Assembly: GCF_036365525.1 (NCBI RefSeq)
Contig: NC_090373.1
Span: forward strand, 85,061,221-85,125,220
Direction: 5' to 3'
DNA: 64,000 nucleotides
From: Heterodontus francisci
Taxonomy: Eukaryota
The notes beneath the pieces are model-generated. The model saw only the letters and a program-made list of their open reading frames with translations. It had not been told where the DNA came from and did no database searches. Below are positions 12,085-23,405 of the stretch, one piece after another. Position 1 is the stretch's first letter. The number at the start of each line of letters is the position of its first letter. The position numbers and the translations under genes are program-made.

Positions 12085-13078
12085 ACTGTGGCTTCTAGTC
12101 ACATGGCTATATCCTGGTACTTAGCTTGTTAGCATACTGAGCTCTTAAAGGGACATCACTTTAAGGCAATCATACAACATCCCCTTTCTTTCCAAAGATA
12201 GGTCTTGTATGCTACAGGTAAAAACTCATAAAATTGGATAACATCAAAATTATTTATATGGGATAGAGATTAGAAAATCTACAAGTGCAGAAGCTTAAGA
12301 GTCCATATATCATTTTGATGGTTTGACAACTCTTCCAGATCTTGTTATGGTATAACCTTCTCGGGGTGTGGATTTTACCCTTGGCTGTTTTGGTTTGCAG
12401 ATGTGTTGTCAATGTGTTGGTTGTTGTCCTGTCGTTCTGCCACACCCTCAGTGTCAGAGTGTGACATCTTCTGAGTCCACTGTATGCACTTGGAGTATTG
12501 CACACTTCTCTCAATTGGCTTTGGTTCCTCCCCAACACTGCTCTGCAGGTTGTAACCTTCTAGGACGTAGGCTTACTGCAAACTTTGGATACTTCTGTGG
12601 GTAACCATGTTTTCATTGTGGCATGTATGACCCAGATCTCTTGTCCTACATGCAGCTGATGTAGTTCCGTCCCTGCATGTCGGTCATGCATCATCTTCAT
12701 TCTCCCTTGTTTTTCGAGCAGTGTCTCCTGCATATCGGAGAATTTGGACAACTGATGGCTTGGCAGGATCATTCACACTTGTCTGCCAAACATGATCTCT
12801 GCTGATGACGGCAAGCCCATCCTCATAGGTTTAGTTCTGAGGTGTAGCAAGGCAACACAAAAATCTTGTTTCATTGTCCTTTACTTCAGGATAAGTGATT
12901 TAACTCTGCAAACCATTCGCTCAGCAAGACCACTAGATCTAGGGTAATGTGGTGAGGATGTCACATGGTTTACGTCCTATTTGGTGCACATATCCCTGAA
13001 AGGTCTGCCCATAGACTGTGGCCCATTGTCAGAAATAATTTCTTCAGATGCATCAAATAGACTGAATATGGCACTCAA

Positions 13079-13555
13079 TGGGCTGCATGTTATGAACTCG
13101 CCGCCGAGATCACCAAAGAGCCGCTGCAATATCAAACATGGCAGCTCATTTAAATAGCCGGGGCAGGCGCCCCCCCCCCCGCAATCAGATGGAGGGGGCG
13201 GGCTGTCTGTCCCCGGCAATGGCGTCAGCTGCCTATGCGCAGGCGCTGATGCCCTTTTTAAAGGGTTGTTAGCCCTACCGGCTTATTTAAATATTTAAAG
13301 GTAGATTGAATAAAATTAAATAAATACAATTCTTTTGCCCCTCTCCCACCCGCCCAATAACAATTAAATTAACTAATTTCCCTTCCCCCCCAAACACTTA
13401 CCTGTAACATCTGACCTTCCCCCCTCAAACTGCATAACATTTAAAGTACAACTCATCCCACCATCCCCTACACCCATGATATTTATTTGACCCTGTTCCC
13501 CGGCCCCCGCACTGATAAACTTACCTCCTCCCCCCTCCCCACCGGTGTGGCGCCT
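13079..13555. mobile_element. GC-rich MITE-like fragment replacing part of the Gypsy pol
   Basis: Starts GGGCTGCATGTTATG, resembling the termini of other MITEs here; interrupts integrase/RNase H homology; only one end seen. Confidence 0.45.
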
Positions 13556-15658
13556 GCAGGGTACAGGCTTCTGTTGACAATGCTTGTTTGAGAGACTCAA
13601 ACACATGCTGACGGTCCTCCTGCCATACATATGGCATGTCTTTCTTCAAGAGCTCTCTCAGTGAGCTCTTATTTGGAATGTATGGTGCCAAGAAGTTGAA
13701 AAATCCTAGACATCTCTGTATGTAGATCTTCCTTATTTTGTGGGGTAGGCATATGCCTTACATCTTCGACTTTGCCTGGGTCAGGACGGATTCCACAACC
13801 TGAATAGACGAAGCCAAAGAAATTGATCTGACTTACATTTACCTGGAACTTCTTGCTGTTAAAAACAAGCCATTCACAATGAGCTACTGCCATCAGTTAA
13901 TAAAGATTTCGATCATGCTCTTTTATGGTTTTGCCCATTACCACAATATCATCGGCAATGCATATACAACCAGGCACGTTTTCTATAATTCTGTCCATAT
14001 GCTGCTGAAACAGATCTTGACTGACAAATAAGCTGAAGGATAGTCTCTGGAAGCAATATCTTCCAAACGGTGTTCTGAAGGTGGTGACTTCCTGATATTC
14101 CTTAGCTAGGTTTATTGACTAATATCCATGTTTAGCATCCAACTTGGAGAAGAATTTGGCTCCTCTAAATTTGGGATTAAATTCCTCTAATGTCGGAACC
14201 TTGTGGAGAATCTCTTTAGGGAGAGGTTTAGACGCCTCCGATCTAGACTAATTGCTCCATCCTTCTTTAGTACTCACGTAATTGAACTGTACCAGTCTGA
14301 TGATGCACACGACAGATGATGTCATTGCGTTCCATGTCATCCAACTCACGCTTAAGCTTTGCCTGTATGTGCAAGCTGCACTTTCTGGGAAGGTCAATTG
14401 ATGGAATTGCATCCTCTCTGAGGGGCAGTACAGAATCGCCTTTGAAATCTCCTGTGGCGTCGAACATGTCTGGGTACATTTGTTGTAGGTTATGGACTGA
14501 CTCAATGCAGGTACCCTTGGTCTCTTCTGCTGTATTAGATACCTTGGTGACCTTGTGGATAGTCACAATGTTAAGGTCCTTATATGCTGGTAGTCCTGCC
14601 ACTGCTGGTCTGCTCGTGTCTACCAGGTAAAATATTTGTGATTTCCATGCTGACTTGCCATACCTGCATTCATTGTTCGTGTGCCACTGCAAGGGATGGG
14701 TGACCCATTGTATGCAGTTAGCTTTGCAATTGTCGGTTGTATCATTAATTTCCAATGGCCTTGGTACATATCCTTCAGGATTCAGATTGGTAGGATATTT
14801 GCACTAGCTCCTGTATCAATCTTAGAGTTGAGTATGTGCTTGCCAACTTTCTTTGGGCACATGACATTGATAGTAGAAAAAACTTCCAGTTGTTTGACTT
14901 CATCAACACAATGGGACAAACCACGCTTACCACACATGTTGCTTGCTTTTTGCAATCTGGTTTTCGTGCAGATACTGTCAGCCACACCTAGTGCTTGCAG
15001 ATGCTGTTGTCTAGCTACAATGGCTTCGTATTTCCTGCCAGCTTCTAGCAGAGCATGAACACTGTGACCTTTCTTCCCAAGAGGTCTTTCTGAAACACTT
15101 CATTGGTGTTGACACAATCACCAGCACCATTATTCGCTCCGACAGCTTAGTTTCTAAAAAATTGTATTCATTGCCCTTATTACAGTATCTATTGATGAAT
15201 TGATCTATTGATTCCTATTGCTGTTGCCTGTAGGACATCAATTCTAGGCAATGAATTCTAAAATTCATTCTTTCCCGAAGCTGATCTTCTAGCACTTTCC
15301 ATATCTTTGCAGGATCTTTCTGGTCCTCTTCAGATAAGCCAGAGGTATTGATTCTGTATAACCCCTCATTTCCAACTGCTATCAGTATTTTCACAGCCTG
15401 ATTCTATGGTTGTACAACCACTTGGTCTGTGAAGCATAGCTGCATTCGTTGTTTAAAAAGTTTGAATTCAGATAGGATATCACTGGCTTTCCAGTTCATG
15501 CTGGGAAATTTGATATCCATCTTTCTGCTGTTCTTTTGCTTTCTGCTCTGTATTTAACTTTGTTCAGCTCTGTGTGTGCCTGTAGCACTGTAATTATTAT
15601 GACTGCTATTTGTGGTTTGAAACTGGTTTTAAAACATGTTAACTGACTTGCCCTTTTT

Positions 15659-15980
15659 GGGTGGCACTGTGGCGCAGTGGTTAGCACCTCAGCCTCACAG
15701 CTCCAGGGACCCGGGTTCGATTCTGGGTACTGCCAGTGCGGAGTTTGCAAGTTCTCCCTGTGACCGCGTGGGTTTTCGCCAGGTGCTCCGGTTTCCTCCC
15801 ATAGCCAAAGACTTGCAGGTTGGTAGGTAAATTGGCCATTATAAATTGCCCCTAGTGTAGGTAGGTGGTAGGGAATATGGGATTAGTGCAGGGTTAGTAT
15901 AAATGGGTGGTTGTTGGTCGGCACAGACTCGGTGGGCCGAAGGGCCTGTTTCAGTGCTGTATCTATAAATAAAAATAAAT
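15659..15980 (+). mobile_element. HE1-type V-SINE inserted in the Gypsy gag region
   Basis: Same A/B boxes, V core and tail as 11737-12084. Confidence 0.88.
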
Positions 15981-16904
15981 TCTCTTTTATTTAGACTAGC
16001 TGCTTTTATGGAGAGTAACAGGTGCTTTACAGTGATCTCTATTTATTTTTCTTTCAGCACTTCAGTTTGTGTGTTTACACAGCTGTTCAACAGGCAGTTC
16101 ATGATTTTCCCTTTTGCTGTTCTTTCGCTAGAGGATATTTATCTTCTTCATGGTTGACTGGTTTAATGACTTTTTCAGCTCGACCGCTTCAATGGATACT
16201 TTGCAGCGTTCAGGGGTTTCCCGTGCTTTTATTTTTAAATGCCTCCTGTAATGGCGCCAACCTCGATCAGCCTGAGAGAGGAATTGGGCTGTCCCCATTT
16301 TTTTCTCTCTCCCACAGAGGTTTTTAAAAAGAATCAATTTTCCTAGCACTTCAAAGCCTTTTCTCTAAACTGGGATTCTTCGACCATCGGCACAATGACT
16401 CACCTGACCACAGGGCTTTATTTGCAGCCTGTCATTCAGTGCTCTGTCCCCCACAGCTCGAGTTAAGTGTTTTCATCTTTCCATTGTTTGGGCCAATATT
16501 TCTTTCACTCTTTTCAGATACTTGTTTTAAAATTTCTTCACTGGTTTCTTGTTTTGCCCATGGTCTTCAAGGTTATAGCTGATCTTTTCACCACAGCTGC
16601 CATCATATCTTGTGTTCTTTGTGTTATCTTAAGTAATACAATGAGGTACATGGATCCTTGAAGAGTTCTAACAGGTTTCTTAACAGCTAAACAAGTATAT
16701 ACAATACAAAGCAAACTATTTACAAAACCATTGTCTCGGGTGTTACAATTGCAGAGTGACTATGGCTGCTAGTCACATGACTACATCCTGGTACTTAGCT
16801 CATTAGTATACTGAGTTTTTAAAGGGACATCACTCTTAAAGTGTTCATACAACAATAGTTTCCCATCCATTCCACAACTGAGCTTGAAATGAAAATAATC
16901 ACAT

Positions 16905-17985
16905 AAACACATAAATCCTTAAGGTGACAGGACAAATTGATAAGGTGATTTAAAAAGCATCTGAGTTATTCAGGATAAAAATAGAAGAACAGAATATAAA
17001 AGTAAAGAGATCATGCTGGAAGTTTATAAAACACTGGTTAAGATTCAGCTGGGGTATTATGGACATAACGGCACCACACTTAGGAAAGATTTAAAGGCCT
17101 TGGAAAGGATACTGAGGAGGTTTACTGGGATGTTACTAAGGATGAGGGACTTCATTTATGAGGAAAGGTTGGAAAGCGAGGATTATTCTCCTTCGATAGA
17201 AGGTTAAGAGGTGACGTAATAGAGATTTTCAAGATGAGAAGAGATTTTGATAGAGTCGAGAAAAATTATTCCTTCTGGTGGGCAAGTCAATAACTAGAGG
17301 TCATAGATACAAAATTATTAGCAAAAGATCTAGCGGGGAGACCATGAATGGGGAGGCGGTGGCGTACTGGTATTGTCACTGGACTAGTAACCCAGAAACC
17401 CCGGTATTGCTCTGGGGACATGGGTTCGAATCCCACCACAGCAGAAGATGGAATTTGAATTCAATTAATAAATCTGGAATTTAAAGCTACTCTAATGATG
17501 ACCATGAAACCATTGTCGATTGTTGTAAAAAAACCCATCTGGTTCACTAATGTCCTTTAGGGAAGGAAATCTGCTGTCCTTACCTGGTCTGGCCTACATG
17601 TGACTCCAGATCCACAGCAATGTGGTTGACTCTTACATGCCCTCGAAATGGCCTAGCAAGCCACTCAGTTCAAGGGCAATTAGGGATGGGCAATAAATGC
17701 TGGCCTGGCCTGCAACGCCCACATCCCATGAATGAATTTTTAAAAAAGATGAAGAGAGCTGTTTTCTTTTAGAGAATTGTCAGGATCTGAAACGCTCTAC
17801 CTGAAAAAGTAGTGGAAGTTGATTCCATCAATAATTTTAAAAGGGTGTTGGACAGGCACTTGATGATGAGGAACTTACAGGGTTGAGACAAAAAGCAGGG
17901 AGTGGGACGAAGCACAACTGCTTTTTCAAGGAGCCAGCGCAGGCCAAATGGCCTCCTTCTGTGCTGTAAGTTTCTATGATTCTAC
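16905..17985 (+). mobile_element. CR1 LINE 3' fragment, split by a SINE at 17350-17747
   Basis: ORF 17013-17207 (LEVYKTLV, KDLKALERILRRFTGML); CR1 homology resumes after 17747 through the 3' UTR. Confidence 0.8.
17350..17747 (+). mobile_element. Bipartite tRNA-derived SINE = 5' ~320 nt + 3' ~77 nt of the LINE at 2873-6173
   Basis: 17350-17670 matches the reverse complement of 5853-6173, and 17671-17747 matches the reverse complement of 2873-2951. Junction reads GCCACTCAGTT|CAAGGGCAATTAGGG. Confidence 0.92.
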
Positions 17986-18855
17986 AAATCATAAATGTTC
18001 CAGAAGCTTCCACCCCTTCAACAAATACTCACAAATGACTTCTGAACATCCTGAACTCAGGGTATAACTTCATTTTTCACTCCCTCCATGTTTCAATAAG
18101 ATCACCTCTCATTCTTCTACACTCCGATGAGTATAGGCCCAACCTGCTCTACCTTTCCTCATAAGACAACCCCTTCACCCAGGAATCAGCCTAGTGAACC
18201 TTCTGTGAACTGCTTCCAATGCAAGTATATCTCTCGTTACGTAAGGAAACCAAAACTGTACACAGTACTCTAGGTGTGGTCTCACCAATGCCCTGTACTG
18301 TTGTAGCAAGACCTCCCTACTTTTATACTCCATCCCCCTTGCAATAAATGCCAACATTCCATTTGCCTGCCTAATTACTTGCTGTACCTGCATGCTAATC
18401 TTCTGTAATTCATGTACAAGGACACCCAGATCACTCTGTACCACAGCATTCTGCATTCTCTCTCTCCATGTAAATAATATTCTGCTTTTCTATTCTTCCT
18501 GCCAAAATGGCCAACCTCACATTTTCCCACAATTTACTCCATCTGCCAGATTTTTGCCCTCTCACTTAACCTACCTATATCTCTTTGCAGACACTTTGTG
18601 TCTTCCTCACAACTTGCTTTCCTACCTAACTTTGTACTGTCCGCAAATTTGGCTACACTATACTCTGTCCCTTCATCCAAGTCATTAATATTGGTTGTAA
18701 ACAGTTGAGGCCCCGACACTGATCCCTGTGGCACTCCACCAGTTACAATTTGTCAACCTGAAAATGCCCCATTTATCCCAACTTTTTGTTTCCTGTTAGT
18801 TAGCCAATCCTCTATCCATGCTAATATATTACCCCCAACACCATGAGCTCTTATA

Positions 18856-18984
18856 TAAGAGCAAAATACTGTGGATGCTGGAAATCTGAAATATAAACAG
18901 AAAGAGCTGGAAATACTCAGCAGGTCTGGCAGCATCAGTGGAGAGAGAAACAGTGTTAACATTTCAGGTCTGTGATCTTTCACC
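18856..18984 (-). mobile_element. Penelope-like element terminal fragment with a degenerate hammerhead core
   Basis: Minus strand reads TGGTGAAAGATCACAGACCTGAAATGTT followed by the pyrimidine-rich tail also seen at 44868-44950 and 45745-45778. The Penelope assignment is from family recall. Confidence 0.55.
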
Positions 18985-19321
18985 ATGAGCTATTGTATTG
19001 TGTAGCAACCTTTTCTGTGGCACCTTATTGAATGGCTTTTGGAAATCCAAATATGCTACATCTACTGGTTCCCCTTAATTCGCCAAGCTTGTTACATCCT
19101 CAAGAACTTTAATAAATTTGTCAAACATGATATCCCTTTCATAAAACCATATTGACTCTGCCTGATTGTGCTAAGATTTTCTAAATGTCCTGGTACTACT
19201 TCCTTAATAATGGATTTTAGCATTTTCCCTATGACCGATGTTAGGCTAGCTGGTCTATTGTTTCCTGCTTTCTGTCTCCCCCTTTCTTGAATAGAGGTGT
19301 TACATTTGTGGTTTTCCAACT

Positions 19322-19404
19322 TTCTTCTCAAGGGCAATTAGGGATGGGCAATAAATGCTGGGCTAGCCAGCGACACTCACATCCCATGAGCAAATAAAAA
19401 AAAA
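19322..19404 (+). mobile_element. Isolated 3' tail of the single-ORF LINE family (heavily 5'-truncated insertion)
   Basis: CTTCTCAAGGGCAATTAGGGATGGGCAATAAATGCTGG...ATCCCATGA + poly(A), inserted in a CR1. Confidence 0.85.
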
Positions 19405-19564
19405 TCTGCTGGGACCTTTCCAAAATCTAGGGAATTGCCTGGTTCTCACTGCAGAGTCTGTCTATCTTTGGCGTGATCTTTGCCGCTCTCTGCTCCCGTT
19501 CCCCAATTCGCACCAGGCTGCCTCATTATTACCTTCACATTATTTTGCGGACTTCTGGAAAGTC

Positions 19565-19607
19565 TCTACAGACCCCTGGGGATTCGTGGACCCCAGTTTG
19601 AGAACCT
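19565..19607. mobile_element. hAT/Charlie-like terminus fragment
   Basis: GGACCCCAGTTTGAGAACCTCTG followed by GTCTAG, resembling MER5/Charlie ends and target preference; other end unclear. Confidence 0.4.
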
Positions 19608-19614
19608 CTGGTCT

Positions 19615-21856
19615 AGGTTGCCTCGTCCCTTCCTCCTCCCCTTCCTGCTCCTGCTCCTCCTCATGTTGCTCAGCTGCTCACCATTTAGCTGGTGGCAAGG
19701 GAAATGTCCTCATGACGGCGAGGTTGTGCAGGTGCAGATCACCACGAATCTTGACACCCTCTATAGTGCTGCTCCAGAGCAGTCCAAGCAGCAGAGGCAT
19801 TGATTCAGCATGCCAATGATATGCTCTATCACATGTTGTGTGGCAGCATGGCTTTCATTGTATGCATGCTGCCCACACAAAATGTATGTGGGGTGTGTGC
19901 TGGAGTCATGAGCCATGTCATCAGTGGATAAAACTTGTCACTCAGTAGTCACCCCTTGATTTGTCAAAGAGGCTCAAATGCATCTGACTTGCCACAAAAT
20001 GAAGGCATCATGACTGCTGCCAGAATACTACGCATTGACTGCATAATGCGCTACCTCTGGTCGCACAGCAGTTGGGCATTGAAGCCACAAAGCAACTTGC
20101 ATGCAGTCAATGGCACTCTGCACCATGAGGAAGCCTGCAATCCTCACAAAGCCATATGCTAATTCTGTCTCCTGCTCTCTGGCAAGAGAGAATGAAATGT
20201 AATCAGACTTCTTTGAATACAGAACCTCATTCACCTCCCTAATGCAACAGTGGATGTCAACTGCGAGATGTTGCAAATACCTCTAGCTCCAGCCTGGAAA
20301 TAACCCGTGCATAAAACTTCATGGCCATGGCCACCTTCACAGCCACTGGGAATGTGGTCCTCGTCCTGCTCTGAGGTTGCATTATGCCTGCAGCAGGTAG
20401 CAGATTTCAGTGAGGAGCTCCTTACTGAAGTACAGACATCTTACGCACTGTTCCTTACTGAGGTTGAGATAGGAGAATTGCTCCCTGAACATCCTGGGTG
20501 GATGTGGTTTCCTGATGAGAATACCTCTTCCCCTCCTCCTCCCTCTTGTGCTGCTTTGCATGGCCTCTGCTCATTCTCCTAATCATGCTGTATTCGAAGG
20601 GGAACGCCTACTACTGAGCTCTTGTCTGAGAGCAACTGGTTTGTGCAGTAGCCTTGAAATCAGAATAAAGTCCTTCAGCATATGCAACACTACTCCCTGT
20701 AGAGTTCAGTAACTTTAAAGAACATAGGAACAGGAGTAGGCCATTTAGCCCCTGGAGCCTGTTCTGCCATTCAATAAGATCATGGCTGATTTGCAGCCTA
20801 AAACCATATAGCCGCTTTTCGCCATATCCTTTAATACCTTTGGTTAACAAAAATCTATCAAACTCAGATTTAAAATTAACGATTTATCTAACATCAATAG
20901 CCATTTGTGGAAGAGAGTTCCAAACTTTTACCACACTTCGTACGTGGAGGTGCTTCCTAAGTTCACTCCTGAAAGGGCTGGTTCTAATTTTTAGACTCTG
21001 CCCCCAAGTCCTTGTCTCCTCAACTGGCAGATATAGTTTCTCTGTACCTAACCTATCTATGCCCCTTAACAGTTTGAAAACTTTGATCACATCATTACTT
21101 AACTTTCTAAATTCAAGGGAATACAACTCTAGTTTGTGTAATGTTTCCTCATAATTTAACCTTTGGAGTGCTGATAACATTCTGGTAAACCTATGCTACA
21201 TTCCCTTGAAGGCCAATGTATCCTTTCAAAGGCGTGGTGCCCAGATCTGTTCACAGTGCTCTAGGTGTTGTCTAACCAGGGCTTTGTATAGCTGAAGCTT
21301 GACATCTACCCCCTTGTATTCTAGTTCTCTAGATATAAAGGCCAGCATTTCATTAGCCTTTTTGATTATTTTCTGTATCAGTTCGTGACATTTTAATGTT
21401 CTTAGGTAAATGGACCATCAAGTTTCTGTGGACCTCCAGGGTTTCTATATTTTCGCTAAGAACTCAACAAAGCACAAAACACTTCTACGATTGTAGCAAT
21501 AGCTAGTATCCATAACTAAAAGTAGTTGATGATCACTTTAAAGAGCATTGGTGGAGCCCCTTCCTGCTGCTGAATGCATGTTCAGCTGTGCAAGCTTAAG
21601 AAGGGTAATGGCTGCAGCGCCCAGCTCCAAAATGGCAGCACTGGCATCAAATCAGTGTTAGTCATTGATTGACATTATGATCTGCCTACTCTGCCTAATT
21701 CCGGTGGACGTTTACTGTGTGTGAGCTAACAACCTCACCAATATGGCGTCCGGTGTGACTCGCACCAGAAGAGTGTGCGCAACTGTGAACCCATTTTAGA
21801 CCTCTGAGGGCACTTGTGTTGCCTAAAAATAATGCTATGGACCTGAATTTAGCAGC
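19615..21856 (-). mobile_element. Decayed PIF/Harbinger element with transposase remnants (copy A), split by a CR1
   Basis: ORF 20028-20276 (HCCIREVNEVLYSKKSDYISF...FVRIAGFLMVQSAIDCMQVAL) resembles the Harbinger/HARBI1 FP.V.GAIDC.H motif. The 5' region 21470-21856 resembles 41100-41512. Confidence 0.75.
20716..21455 (-). mobile_element. CR1 LINE 3' fragment
   Basis: ORF 20884-21180 (LNYEETLHKLELYSLEFRKL, VVKVWNSLPQ) plus 3' UTR. Confidence 0.85.
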
Positions 21857-23405
21857 CTAGAATTCCCAAAAACTACTTCTTGTTCAGGCTCCAGTATGTT
21901 CACTGAGTAGCAGATGTTGCCAATGCAAAGAAAAGGATAATGATGCTCTTTGGAGGGAGAGTGGGTGTTTCGTCTTCTGGTTGTTTTCTGGTTCCTAGAT
22001 GTTGAAAATAATCACACTTTAAACTTGGAAAGGCTGGAGACTTTGTTTATTCATTCAGCCAGCATGCTGCCTGGTGTAGGACAGCTTGAGACTGGTTTAG
22101 TGTTACACATCGCATGACTCTCCAGTGCAGCCATGAAGTTGCCCCACTGGAACACTTGCACATAACAATTAGTTCCTAGCACTTTACAGATAATATAACA
22201 ATAAATAACATTATTAATATTAATCTTTCAGCAATCCCTTGCTCAGTGAACTGAACTCATATTGCTGAGATGATTGTTGTGGCTCTCAAGTCTTTCACTT
22301 TCCGAATAAAAGGGAACTTTGAGTTTTGCAACTATGAGATACCATTCTTGATTATGTGTGAATAAATCGACTCCTACAGTATGCCATGGTCTGGGTGGTA
22401 CTTCAGTAGCTATCATCTCCTGTTTCTAATGTGTGTTTCTGTGCTTCTGGCATACGTTGCATGTAGACACTATATTTTTGATGTCTTTGTATATGCCTAT
22501 CCAGTACACAGCTGATCTGGCTCTGAGCTTACATTTCTCCATTCCCATGTGACCTTCATGTATCCTTTGGAGAAGTTCTTCCTGCATTGTTTTGGGTATG
22601 ATTATTCTGAATCCGGCTAGTAGAACACCAACTTCTAGTGAGATGTCATCTCTGATAGACCAGTACTGCCGTATTGCTGGCTGTGTTTGCTGTATCTTAT
22701 CAGGCCATCCCTGGATCATTTGCTGAGACAGCATCTGTAACTCCTCATCTTTGCTGTTCTCATCTCTAATTTGACTAAGTTTTGGTGGTGTTACATTCAC
22801 TAGGTGATGAATCCTTATACCTAGATCTTCTTTCTCGTGTTTCTTCTGTGGTGACAACTGAGATAGGGTGTCTGCCAGCACCATTTCTCTTCCTGGCTTG
22901 TATTTCAGAGTGAAATCGTAACTCTGAAGCCCCAAGAGTAACCTCTGCAGTCTTGCTGGTGCTTTATATAGATTGTTCTTGTAGATCTGCTCCAGTGGGC
23001 AATGATCACTCTCCACGATCAACTTTCTCCCACAGACATATGTGTGGAACTTCTCACATCCGTACACGACTGCCAAAAGCTCTCTTTCTATGTGGCATAT
23101 CTTGTCTCCGCTGGTGTTAGAACAGGGTTGTCCAATCTTTTCGGGCAGAGGGCCACATTGCGATTGTTGCTCGGCCTGGGGGGCCGGTGAGCAAATTTCA
23201 AAAGATAACGGCATTAAAATTTATCTTCCTAATAAAAACAACAACAAATGTGCATTTTTTGTGAAGAAGTTTAAATGAGAAGACTAATTTCGTGACTTCA
23301 TTTCTTGTAACTATATTAAAAACTGATTTAGTGACATACCTGACATTGTTTTTGCTTTAATAAGTAGTCAAACTCCGCCTGTGCACTTGATGTGACGATG
23401 CAGAA

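Larger units (their letters stand above)
11601..16854 (-). mobile_element. Decayed Gypsy/Ty3 LTR retrotransposon with both LTRs and a perfect 5-bp TSD
   Basis: LTRs 11601-12179 (contains a SINE) and ~16606-16854. TSD ATAGT at 11596-11600 and 16855-16859. tRNA-Leu-like PBS TGATGGCAGCTGTGG next to the right LTR; polypurine tract next to the left LTR. Protease KIDTGASANILP (14782-14985), RT ~13700-14400, integrase IISDNGPQ (~13030). Confidence 0.92.
18088..19432 (-). mobile_element. CR1 LINE RT fragment with small insertions
   Basis: ORFs 18175-18456 (ALVRPHLEYCVQFW), 18534-18734 (PQGSVSGP, KFADSTKL) and 19092-19337. Confidence 0.88.

Noticed and set aside
18955-18985. Second hammerhead ribozyme
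   Set aside because: Core is mutated (TGGTGA instead of CTGATGA) and stem I is truncated by the insertion boundary.
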